From a virus (Duplodnaviria > Caudoviricetes), in the IMG/VR virus record IMGVR_UViG_3300029305_003178, positions 32,001 to 96,000 of that record: a stretch of 64,000 nt of DNA; one strand, 5' to 3'. Positions 49,738 to 59,298 of this stretch are shown piece after piece (within the stretch, counting starts at the first letter, position 1; every line of letters starts with the position of its first letter). The position numbers were made by a program, and so were the translations under genes. The notes beneath the pieces are model-generated. The model was given only the letters and a program-made list of their open reading frames with translations, was not told where the DNA came from and did not search any database.

Positions 49738-51984
49738 ATGAGTAATCTAAACTTAAAAAGGGAATTAGAACTTAAAGACGAGCAGTATAATAATACCGAT
49801 CATATATTTGGTATGACATTATTAACTAGTCCAGCATACGTATCATCATCTAGATCAGTAATGTTCACAAGCCACTTACGCCAGTTCGTTAATTTGAAAA
49901 ATCCTGATTTTCCCAGAGTGTTCACAAATTATGAAAATATCGTAGGTAAGTATTCAACAGGATATTATAAAGTTAAAAATAAGTCTGTTGTAGTAGATAA
50001 AATTCCTAGATTTAATGATGGTATTAATAATAATCATTTATATTATTTATTTCTTTATGATAAGAAAAATGATAAATATGATGTTGTTGTTAAACAGAAT
50101 GTTGAAGACTTAACAGAAAAGTTCGGTTATGAATATAATAATGAAGTAATGGATTCTAAAAATCCAGGAGATATCGTACAGAAAGATGAAGTATTATATA
50201 AATCTACATCTTATGATGAGGATATGAATTACTGTTATGGTAAGAATGTTAAAGTCATGTATACAATGGATACTTATACTATCGAAGATGCTTTAGTTGT
50301 TTCAGAATCTTTTGCTAAGAGTCTTGTATCTAAAGAAATTGAAACTGTTAAAGTATCTATAAATGACAATGATATCCTCTGTAATATCTATGGGGATTCT
50401 GAAAATTATAAGTGTTTTCCTGATATTGGGGAATTTACTAAGGAAAATACATTATGTGCTAAAAGACGAATTCACAATAACCAAGCATTATATGATTTGA
50501 AAAAATCTAATCTTAGAAAGATTAACTATCAGTCTGATAATTTATTTTATATAGATGGTAAAATAACTGATATTGTTATTTATTCTAATAAAACATTAGA
50601 TGAAGTTCCTGATAATATTTTCAATAGACAGTTAAAACATTATCTAACAATGCAGACTGAATTTTATGAGAGATTATATGAAAGATGTAGACAGATTGTA
50701 GAATCTGGTTCTAAATACTCTAAAGATATATCTTTCTATATGAAAAAAGCTAAAAATATTTTAGATCCAAACATGAAATGGAAAGAAGAGAATAGTAATG
50801 TATTCTCTAATATGATAGTTGAATTCTTGGTTGAAAAAGATTCCGCACTTACAATAGGCCAGAAGATTACTGGCCGACAAGGCAACAAAGGTGTGGTTTC
50901 TGATATTAGACCAGATGATGAAATGCCATTCTTAGAAAATGGTGAAAGGGTTCAAGTAATGATTAACTCTCTTAGCGTACCTAATAGAACTAATCCAGAT
51001 CAGTTATTTGAACTTAGTAAAACTTTCATATGTAATAGAGTTTCAGAAAAGTTAAAAACTATGAAAAAACTTTCCGAAAAAGAAGAATTGTTGTTTGATA
51101 TTATTGAAAGATTCAATCCTGATGAAGCAAGAGCAGTTAAAGAATGGTATAAAAATTCAACTAGAACTGTAAAGAAAGAATTCTTTGAAGATGCTGAGAA
51201 TAATGGTATATACATTAAGAATGATGTTATGTGGGAGCATGAACCAATATTCGAAACATTAACCAAAATATATAAAGATTATCCTTGGATAAAACCTGTT
51301 GATGTATATATTAATAAATTCGGTAGAAAAATTAAGATTATGAAACCTGTTATTGTTGGTGAGCTTTATATGATTAAGCTTAAACAGACATCAAAGAAAG
51401 GCTTCTCTGCAAGATCTACTGGTGCATTATCAAAACGTGGTGTTCCCGATAAATCTTTCAAAAATAAATCTAATCAGGATCTTTATTCCACTACACCTAT
51501 TCGTATTGGTATTGATGAAAATCTTAATGCTAATATTGGTGCATCTCCAGAAATGGTTGCCAAATTACATCTATTTTATAGATCTTCTGTCATTGCAAGA
51601 AAGAGTCTTGGCACTGATTTGGCATCAACAATCAAACCTCTTAAAGACTTTACCTATGATGGAAGTTATAAGAATAGAAATGTGGAGATTCTTCAGGCAT
51701 ATCTTAAATTCATGGGTGTAAAAATTGAATTTATGGATAAGCCATATATGATTAATGTCGACTTTGGTGAAAGAAAGATTCATACACTTAAAGATGGGAC
51801 ACAGTTTGAAGGAACAACTGAAGAATTTAAAGAATTTAAGAAGCGTAGAAAGTTTGAAAAGAAATATAATAAATCCCATATGTTTATTGGTGATAAAGAT
51901 GAATATGATAAGATAATCGATGAAGCTATTGATTTAGAAAACAAGAAAAAAGAATATTCTTGCATGATTCATATTCCTAAATAA
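49738..51984 (+). CDS. RNA polymerase beta subunit, C-terminal half (non-virion RNAP type)
   Basis: EDA, GQKITGRQGNKGVV, MPF, RTNPDQ, YMIKLKQ, ARSTG, RIGIDE; early promoter at 49667. Confidence 0.9.
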   Translation: MSNLNLKRELELKDEQYNNTDHIFGMTLLTSPAYVSSSRSVMFTSHLRQFVNLKNPDFPRVFTNYENIVGKYSTGYYKVKNKSVVVDKIPRFNDGINNNHLYYLFLYDKKNDKYDVVVKQNVEDLTEKFGYEYNNEVMDSKNPGDIVQKDEVLYKSTSYDEDMNYCYGKNVKVMYTMDTYTIEDALVVSESFAKSLVSKEIETVKVSINDNDILCNIYGDSENYKCFPDIGEFTKENTLCAKRRIHNNQALYDLKKSNLRKINYQSDNLFYIDGKITDIVIYSNKTLDEVPDNIFNRQLKHYLTMQTEFYERLYERCRQIVESGSKYSKDISFYMKKAKNILDPNMKWKEENSNVFSNMIVEFLVEKDSALTIGQKITGRQGNKGVVSDIRPDDEMPFLENGERVQVMINSLSVPNRTNPDQLFELSKTFICNRVSEKLKTMKKLSEKEELLFDIIERFNPDEARAVKEWYKNSTRTVKKEFFEDAENNGIYIKNDVMWEHEPIFETLTKIYKDYPWIKPVDVYINKFGRKIKIMKPVIVGELYMIKLKQTSKKGFSARSTGALSKRGVPDKSFKNKSNQDLYSTTPIRIGIDENLNANIGASPEMVAKLHLFYRSSVIARKSLGTDLASTIKPLKDFTYDGSYKNRNVEILQAYLKFMGVKIEFMDKPYMINVDFGERKIHTLKDGTQFEGTTEEFKEFKKRRKFEKKYNKSHMFIGDKDEYDKIIDEAIDLENKKKEYSCMIHIPK

Positions 51985-52100
51985 TAATTAACCGATATAG
52001 TCATAATAGACTATATCGGTTCTTTTTTTATAAAAGCGTTTTTTAGACATATTCAAGTATATATTATAACTGTAATAAAATAGTTTAGGAGTGATTAATT

Positions 52101-52418
52101 ATGAGTTTAATTATGTTGATTATGGTGTTATGTCTTATTATTGTAGTAGGATCTATTATTACAGAATCTACATCTAAAGAGGTTGTTGAAGTAACAGAAA
52201 TTACAAACAATGAGGAATTTAAAATCGTAACGGAACATAGTAAATTTGTAGTTGAAGCTCTTAAACGAAAGGTGTTGTTGGTGTTACAAGATGAAATACC
52301 TGTAGACGATAAACCTACAGCATTGGTTCACTTAATGTGTTCATTATGGGAGTTTGTTGATACATCCGATTTTATCGATGAACATCCAGAAATTATTAAG
52401 GTCATTACTAGTTATTAG
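52101..52418 (+). CDS. hypothetical protein with an N-terminal hydrophobic segment
   Basis: 105 aa, AGGAG RBS. Confidence 0.7.
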   Translation: MSLIMLIMVLCLIIVVGSIITESTSKEVVEVTEITNNEEFKIVTEHSKFVVEALKRKVLLVLQDEIPVDDKPTALVHLMCSLWEFVDTSDFIDEHPEIIKVITSY

Positions 52419-52429
52419 GAGGGAAATTC

Positions 52430-53380
52430 ATGAAAAACAGAGAAAAGAAAATTAAGGATACAACAGTTCTTACAATCAGAAAACTGATTAAAGAACGGAG
52501 ATTGAAAACTCTTGATGCTGTTAAAAAGTGTCAGGAGTATAAAGAGTTCATGCTTAGTTCTAAAGTGAATAAGTATGAACGTGAAAAAGAAGATACCATT
52601 ATTGATGGTATTCTGAATGGTTATTCCGATGATGAAATTATTCTTATGTGCAAACCTGATATTGGGACAGTACCTGCAGCACTTATGGAAGATATCAAAA
52701 ATTTAAGCAGCAAAACTAACGAGGGGGAAAACGAAATGACTAAAGTAGTAGAAAAAAATAATGATGAATTGGCATGGTTCGAGCCTGTGAAAGATGATGA
52801 GACTGATAAAAAAGTTGAAAAAGAAACTATGCCTGATGATACAAATACTAAAGACGTGAAAGAAGAAAATGTATCTGAAGTATCTAATAACTATAAACCT
52901 ACCTATAATAATGCTATGATGGATATGTTTAATAAACTTGATAAATTTACTGAAAAATTCGATTTAAACAAAGATGATGTAAATATCGATGTGGTAAAGG
53001 AATTCCTTAAAGGTATCTGTGATGTAATGGGTGTGGATACAACTAAAGATAATACTGAAATTCCGGATGAACTTAAAGATATTATCACATCCGTGACAAA
53101 TATCATTGTCAGATTATATGATATCAATAAAGAATTAGATACTGATATCGAAAGATCTGATATTATGTGTGAGGAACTTGATATCACAGATAAGGCAGCA
53201 ACAAAAGAAGTAACAGAAATTAAATCTGAAGTGGTTAAAACAGACGTAGTCGTTGAAGATAAGAAAGTTGCTGAGGAAAAACCTAAAAAATTATTTGGTT
53301 CTACATATCTTGCAGAATTGGATGCTAAGATCGATGCTGAAATCGAATTCCTTACAAGCATCGCTAAAAAAGCTGTGTAA
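52430..53380 (+). CDS. hypothetical protein, acidic C-terminal half
   Basis: 316 aa, AGGAGG RBS. Confidence 0.75.
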   Translation: MKNREKKIKDTTVLTIRKLIKERRLKTLDAVKKCQEYKEFMLSSKVNKYEREKEDTIIDGILNGYSDDEIILMCKPDIGTVPAALMEDIKNLSSKTNEGENEMTKVVEKNNDELAWFEPVKDDETDKKVEKETMPDDTNTKDVKEENVSEVSNNYKPTYNNAMMDMFNKLDKFTEKFDLNKDDVNIDVVKEFLKGICDVMGVDTTKDNTEIPDELKDIITSVTNIIVRLYDINKELDTDIERSDIMCEELDITDKAATKEVTEIKSEVVKTDVVVEDKKVAEEKPKKLFGSTYLAELDAKIDAEIEFLTSIAKKAV

Positions 53381-53479
53381 TAATTAAAATGTGGGGTACT
53401 TTTAAGTACCCCTTTATTTTTTTTTCATTTATATATTATATATGTGAAAACAAAATGGATAAGAAAGGAAGTTGATATT

Positions 53480-55558
53480 ATGGATAAACAAAATTTACTC
53501 AATATATTAACTAAAGCTTATGAAGAGAGTATAGGTAATAAAGATTATGAGAAATATATCGAATCCTTAAACGCATTAAAGTTGATTAATTTAGTTAAAT
53601 ATTATAATAGTCAGAGCAATATAACTGATGAGAATGATATTAATATCATTAAATTCATTATTAAAATTATGCAAAATATTTATAATAACTCTTCAGTATT
53701 ACCTCCTATATCTGATGAAGAATATGATAAACTTGTAGAGATTGTAGAATCTGCAGATTTATTAACAGATGACATAGTTGGGTCAGATAATGATGGACAT
53801 GTTGTAAATCATAGATATACCGATCTTCGTGGAACATTAAACAAGATTCATTTTATCACAAATGAAGATAAAGGAAATGATAATAGAAAAAGCTTAGAGG
53901 GCTGGTTAAAATCTATAGAAAATAAGATTGGTCGTCAATTATATAATTACGAATATGAAGCTTATATATTCCCTAAGTTTGATGGTATATCAATTGTATT
54001 TGAATGTGATAAGGATGGATTTGTTCTTAGAGCATTAACACGAGGTAATACTAAATTAAATGAAGCGAAAGATGTTACAGGTATTTTTAGAGGTATTAAG
54101 TTTAAAACTATTCCTGAATGGTCAGATGAATTTGCTATAAAATCTGAAGTTATTATGACTGAAGAATCATTTGAGAAATATTGTAAAAAATATGGTTCAT
54201 TTAAGAGCAGAAGATCCGCCGTAAGCTCCATAGTTCAGCCTTTGGAAACAGATCAAGAATTATTGCAGTATATCACAATAGTACCATTGAGATCTCAAAA
54301 TTATATAACAAAAGAACAAAAGATTCATCCAGATGCATTCTCCGTATATCCTTATAAAACAGTAAATTTAAATGACATGGGCGGATTATATGAGAAGTTC
54401 ATTACTATTCGTGAAGCAATGGATAATCTTTATGGTGTTCCAACAGATGGTATAGTAATATATTTAAAAGATGAAAATCTTCATAAATTATTAGGTAGAG
54501 AAGAATCTATTAATAAATATGAAGTAGCGTATAAGTTCCCTGCAGATGAAGCAAAAACCATTCTATTAAATGTGGATTTCTCTATAGGATTATTAGGTAA
54601 TGTTGCACCAATAGCAAATGTTGAACCAGTTAAAATTCACGGTAACACAATATCTAATATCTCATTAGGTTCTATTGATAGATTAGAATCTCTTAAATTA
54701 AATATCGGAGATGAAGTTATTATTAAATATGAGATCATTCCATATCTTGTAGTTGATGATAGATGTACCATTAAAGGTAATACTCCGGTGGAAATTCCAA
54801 CAAAATGTCCATTCTGTGGTGAGGAATTAATTAAAGATCCTGTATTAAAATGTAATAATAGTTATTGCCCATCTAGGGAGATGGGTAAAATTATAAATTA
54901 TATTAGTAAAATGGATATTCAAAATATTTCTGAAGGTATTGTAACAATCTTATACAAAAATGGAATATTGAAATCTATCGAGGATCTATACAGACTAAAT
55001 GAATTTAAAACAGCATTTGTTAATATTAATGGCTTAGGATCTAAATTATTTAAAAAGATTATTGATGGTATTGAAAAGCGAAATACTGTTTATGATTATA
55101 AATTATTGGGTTCTATAGGTATTCCTGGTGTAAGTGATAAAAAATTTAAAAATATTTTAAATATATATTATATTGATAAGCTTATTGAGATATGTGATAA
55201 TTATGATATAAAATTGCTTACTAAGATTGAAGGTATTCAAGAAAAGACAGCAACTAGAATTATATCAGGTATTATACAAAATCGTGAGCTAATTCAATTT
55301 TTAAGAGAAAGGTTGATAGTTTTACATGAAGAAGATAATTATGATTTAAGAGTAGTATTCACAGGAATACGTGATAAAGAATTTGAAAAGTTCTTAAAGA
55401 AAAATAATATTGATGTATTATCATCATATAATAAAACAGTTAATATTGTTATTTGTGATGATAAAGAAAGTGGTTCTAGTAAAATAACTAAAGCCAAAAA
55501 AGATAATAAGACAATTATGACTATTGATGAGGCGTATGATTATTTCAATTATCATTAA
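53480..55558 (+). CDS. ligA: NAD-dependent DNA ligase
   Basis: SDEEYD, PKFDG, TRG, DGIV, AYKF, CPFC Zn finger, BRCT-like end. Confidence 0.93.
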   Translation: MDKQNLLNILTKAYEESIGNKDYEKYIESLNALKLINLVKYYNSQSNITDENDINIIKFIIKIMQNIYNNSSVLPPISDEEYDKLVEIVESADLLTDDIVGSDNDGHVVNHRYTDLRGTLNKIHFITNEDKGNDNRKSLEGWLKSIENKIGRQLYNYEYEAYIFPKFDGISIVFECDKDGFVLRALTRGNTKLNEAKDVTGIFRGIKFKTIPEWSDEFAIKSEVIMTEESFEKYCKKYGSFKSRRSAVSSIVQPLETDQELLQYITIVPLRSQNYITKEQKIHPDAFSVYPYKTVNLNDMGGLYEKFITIREAMDNLYGVPTDGIVIYLKDENLHKLLGREESINKYEVAYKFPADEAKTILLNVDFSIGLLGNVAPIANVEPVKIHGNTISNISLGSIDRLESLKLNIGDEVIIKYEIIPYLVVDDRCTIKGNTPVEIPTKCPFCGEELIKDPVLKCNNSYCPSREMGKIINYISKMDIQNISEGIVTILYKNGILKSIEDLYRLNEFKTAFVNINGLGSKLFKKIIDGIEKRNTVYDYKLLGSIGIPGVSDKKFKNILNIYYIDKLIEICDNYDIKLLTKIEGIQEKTATRIISGIIQNRELIQFLRERLIVLHEEDNYDLRVVFTGIRDKEFEKFLKKNNIDVLSSYNKTVNIVICDDKESGSSKITKAKKDNKTIMTIDEAYDYFNYH

Positions 55559-55635
55559 TAGTTTTAATTTACCATATTAAAAAATAATATGGGTAATAAC
55601 AAATATTTAAATTTAAATTATAGGAGGAATTTATT

Positions 55636-56022
55636 ATGAGTAAAGAAAAAGACATGGCAGAAGAAAGAATGACTGAAAAAAGAATGGAACTGATTGAGTC
55701 CACAAACAATGCAGATGAAATCAAAGCTATTGCCATTAGAACTCAGGACATGCTGAAAAACGAATACAATGCATATGTATCCGATTGGGTTGCAGTTGCA
55801 CTGGTATCTGCTACATTCATGAAAGCTGCAGCAGAATATCTGAGTGAAGAAAAATCCCCCGACGAAAATGTTATCCTGAACATGTTTGATCTGTTTGACT
55901 TCGGTGTAACTCATCGTGAAAGCGATGGTGAAAAGGATGGTAATTATACACCTTTCCTGGCACCTCGTCCTGCTCTGAAAACTCTTATGAAAGACGATAA
56001 TGACACAGAAGAAGTTGAATAA
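55636..56022 (+). CDS. acidic protein, possibly a divergent HU/IHF fold
   Basis: VILNMFDLFDFGVTHR...PFLAPRPALK resembles the HU beta-arm and last helix. Confidence 0.4.
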   Translation: MSKEKDMAEERMTEKRMELIESTNNADEIKAIAIRTQDMLKNEYNAYVSDWVAVALVSATFMKAAAEYLSEEKSPDENVILNMFDLFDFGVTHRESDGEKDGNYTPFLAPRPALKTLMKDDNDTEEVE

Positions 56023-56101
56023 GACATTCGGATGAGTTAGGATATAAGCCAGATGATTAAATTTCATCTGGCTTATTTTTTTATTAAGAAGGTGATTAAA
56101 A

Positions 56102-57748
56102 GTGAAAAAGTTTATTAGCCAATATACTAACCCTAATGAACAGCATATGAACTTTGGTCTAATAAATAGGGAATATGATGATGATTTAGTAGAATATATT
56201 ATAGACTGTTGTAAATCATTAGAAGTATTATCAAATATTAAATTTACTGGTTATGAATATATTACTGATGAGATGGAGATCAATACAAGTGAATACATTG
56301 ATGCTCGTAGTAGGGGTAAGGTAAATAAAAAAGATCCAGTAAAATATATGTATCTTACTGATAGTAGATACGGGGAATTAAAATTAAATTTTCATCTTAC
56401 ATGTAATGGTGAAGAATGTGATATAACTAAAAAGATATTAGTTCCTGTACCAGATGAGCAAGGATACTATCATATTAAAGGAACTAAATATTTCATGATG
56501 TTGCAAGTAGTTGATAATTCAACATACACTACAAGGAAATCTTTGGTTTTAAAGTCAATGATGCCGGTATCATTAAAGATGAAACAAGCAACTTATAAGA
56601 CTACCAATGGTGTAGAATATACTGCACCAACATATTTATTCAATATTTTTAGAAAAGATGCAAATATTATGTTATTCTATCTTGCAACATATGGTATAGA
56701 TAAAACATTAAAATTCTTTTCTGTTGATAAAATTATCAAATTTGTATCATCCCCAACAGATGATCCAGATAATATTTGTTTTAGTATCAGTTCTAAAATG
56801 TTTCTTGAAGTAAATAAATACTTCTTTGAAAAATACACTTATACTAAAACAATAACATTTATGTTACTTAATGTTATGACTAATAGATTAACATTTGAAT
56901 CTCTATATGATAAAGATTTCTGGATAGAATCTATTGGTGCATTAGGTACTACTAATAAATTAAATCAGTATGAAAAAGGTTTAAATACATTAACATTCTT
57001 TGATAGAATTATTGATGATACTACAAAGAAAATATTAAAAGTTCATGATTGTCATAAGAAAGATATTTATACAATTCTTAGATGGATGATTGCGAACTTT
57101 AATGAACTTAAGAAAAAAGATAATCTTAGTTTAGATAATAAAAGACTGAGATGTAATGAATATATCGCAAGCTTACTGACTAAGACATTTAGTGAGCGTG
57201 TAAATCGAATTATAAGTCTTGGTAATAAAGCAACATTAAAAAATATTAAAGAAATATTTAGATTCAATGGTGATATCTTGATCCAACAATTGCATAAATC
57301 TGGCTTGTTACGTTATGATGATCGCGTTAATGATCAAGATTTCTGGGGCAAACTTAGAGTAACTTTTAAGGGACCAAATTCTCTTGGTGGTAGTAATGAG
57401 AATAATATAGCAGCTAAGTATAGAGGTATAGATAGTTCCTTTATTGGACGTCTCGATATTAATGTTTGCGGCACATCAGATCCTGGTACTAGTGCACTAT
57501 TAACACCATTCTGTGATACAGATGGATTATATTTTAATGGTGCTATGGAACCAGAAGGATTCAAATATAACTTTGATAAAGATGTAAACGATTGGGATAA
57601 TCCTAATAATATAGGATTAAAATTTATGGATGAAGACGGCTACTATAAATATTGTGATGCCGTAGAAAATAAAGTTTTAGTTGAGAGAGTTTATGATGAA
57701 ACACATAAACCATCCCCATATATAATAGATATTAAATTTATGGATTAA
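56102..57748 (+). CDS. RNA polymerase beta subunit, N-terminal half (non-virion RNAP type)
   Basis: VPVPDEQGYYHIKG.KY, LDNKRLR, GPNSLG, YRGIDSSFIGRLD...SDPG match RpoB motifs. Confidence 0.8.
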   Translation: MKKFISQYTNPNEQHMNFGLINREYDDDLVEYIIDCCKSLEVLSNIKFTGYEYITDEMEINTSEYIDARSRGKVNKKDPVKYMYLTDSRYGELKLNFHLTCNGEECDITKKILVPVPDEQGYYHIKGTKYFMMLQVVDNSTYTTRKSLVLKSMMPVSLKMKQATYKTTNGVEYTAPTYLFNIFRKDANIMLFYLATYGIDKTLKFFSVDKIIKFVSSPTDDPDNICFSISSKMFLEVNKYFFEKYTYTKTITFMLLNVMTNRLTFESLYDKDFWIESIGALGTTNKLNQYEKGLNTLTFFDRIIDDTTKKILKVHDCHKKDIYTILRWMIANFNELKKKDNLSLDNKRLRCNEYIASLLTKTFSERVNRIISLGNKATLKNIKEIFRFNGDILIQQLHKSGLLRYDDRVNDQDFWGKLRVTFKGPNSLGGSNENNIAAKYRGIDSSFIGRLDINVCGTSDPGTSALLTPFCDTDGLYFNGAMEPEGFKYNFDKDVNDWDNPNNIGLKFMDEDGYYKYCDAVENKVLVERVYDETHKPSPYIIDIKFMD

Positions 57749-57818
57749 TTTCAATTATATATTATACTAGTATTAATAGGTGATTATATATTACCTATTA
57801 ATACTAATTAATTATTAG

Positions 57819-58547
57819 GTGGTGGTAATTATAAATAAGAAAAAAATACCTGAAAAAATAAGTAGGGTTTTATTTAGTGATAGTAATTGTATTGTTAAAA
57901 TACATGTATGGCTACATGATAACAATAATGAGTTTATGCATAAGGAGTTTAATTTAAATGGTAATATTTATGTATCATTAAATCCACGGACATGTATTAC
58001 TATAGAAAAATACAGTAAGGAGTGGGATAAGAGTAAAAACTTATTATTAAATGAGGTACAATTACAATCTGTTATAAATGGAATGAAAAAAATAATAAAA
58101 AATATATATGAAAAAAATATATTTGCTAATAAACCTAATGGTGAGATCATTATATATAGTGATGAAGCCAATAAGTGTAGTGAAATAGTTAGATTTGTCA
58201 ATAGTACTAATATATTACTATTAAAACCATCAGTACTAGTTGATGAAAATGATGTAACATATGAGGCTGTTACAATGTATATCAATAGAGTTGAGAATGA
58301 TATACAATTATCAATAGGGTCATTTGAATCATTATATAATATACTGAGTAAAATAAATTTATTTATGTATTCACAATTATTGATAAATTATGTGTTCTCA
58401 GTATATAGTGAAGATGATGAGACGAATGTTGTAGTTCATAAAACAAATAAGATAGATTTTAATAAACCTGATAGTACGGTTAGTACAAAATTTGTTAATA
58501 AGAATAATAAAACTAATATATTTGAAGGTTTATCTACTGTAGAATAG
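57819..58547 (+). CDS. hypothetical protein
   Basis: About 240-aa ORF after TATATTAT at 57758; start uncertain. Confidence 0.7.
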   Translation: MVVIINKKKIPEKISRVLFSDSNCIVKIHVWLHDNNNEFMHKEFNLNGNIYVSLNPRTCITIEKYSKEWDKSKNLLLNEVQLQSVINGMKKIIKNIYEKNIFANKPNGEIIIYSDEANKCSEIVRFVNSTNILLLKPSVLVDENDVTYEAVTMYINRVENDIQLSIGSFESLYNILSKINLFMYSQLLINYVFSVYSEDDETNVVVHKTNKIDFNKPDSTVSTKFVNKNNKTNIFEGLSTVE

Positions 58548-58558
58548 GGGATGTTAAT

Positions 58559-59209
58559 ATGCTTGATAAGATAAGAGTATTTAATGGATCACCAGTTGTA
58601 ATAATAGATGATGAGTACTACTCTGTAGATATCTATCATACTGGTAAAATCCTTGAAAAAAATGTTGCATATATGATAGGGGATTTTGTATACATTTATT
58701 ATGGTGAAGTCAAAGGCTCATTGGATGGTGCTAAACCAGGAATATATATTAAGAATGGCAGAATGAGATTTATTGATCCTAAGAAAAAAGATTCTGCTAA
58801 GTATAGTATTGATAATGTTACTACATTAGATACTGGAGAGATATTTAGAATCATCGAAGAAAATAAAGATAAATTTATTCAACCAGAAGATATTGAAATT
58901 ATCAATAATAATGCAGAAACATATATTCCAACAATCAAAGAAGATGACGATTTCTTAAAGTTTCTTGTTAAACGAATTATCATTGATAAGAAGATTAATT
59001 TAAGAAATTATAGGGATAAGTTTCCAAATGAGTATGCTTTAAATAATATGAAGAGTGGTCTAAATAGAAGCACTAAAATGACAGTAACAAATTTTAAAGC
59101 ATGGTGTGAAATTTTAGGTATTAAGTGGAGTATAACCATTGAAGATAATGGTGATGATACGATCAATCCTTTACCTGAACCTATAACAATAACAAGTAAT
59201 GATTTTTAA
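58559..59209 (+). CDS. hypothetical protein, possible C-terminal HTH
   Basis: 216 aa. Confidence 0.75.
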   Translation: MLDKIRVFNGSPVVIIDDEYYSVDIYHTGKILEKNVAYMIGDFVYIYYGEVKGSLDGAKPGIYIKNGRMRFIDPKKKDSAKYSIDNVTTLDTGEIFRIIEENKDKFIQPEDIEIINNNAETYIPTIKEDDDFLKFLVKRIIIDKKINLRNYRDKFPNEYALNNMKSGLNRSTKMTVTNFKAWCEILGIKWSITIEDNGDDTINPLPEPITITSNDF

Positions 59210-59298
59210 TTATTAGAAGAGTATATCGAAAGATATACTCTTCTTTTTTTAGTGTAGTATATTATATATTGAAAAACAGAATGATAGGGGTGATAACT

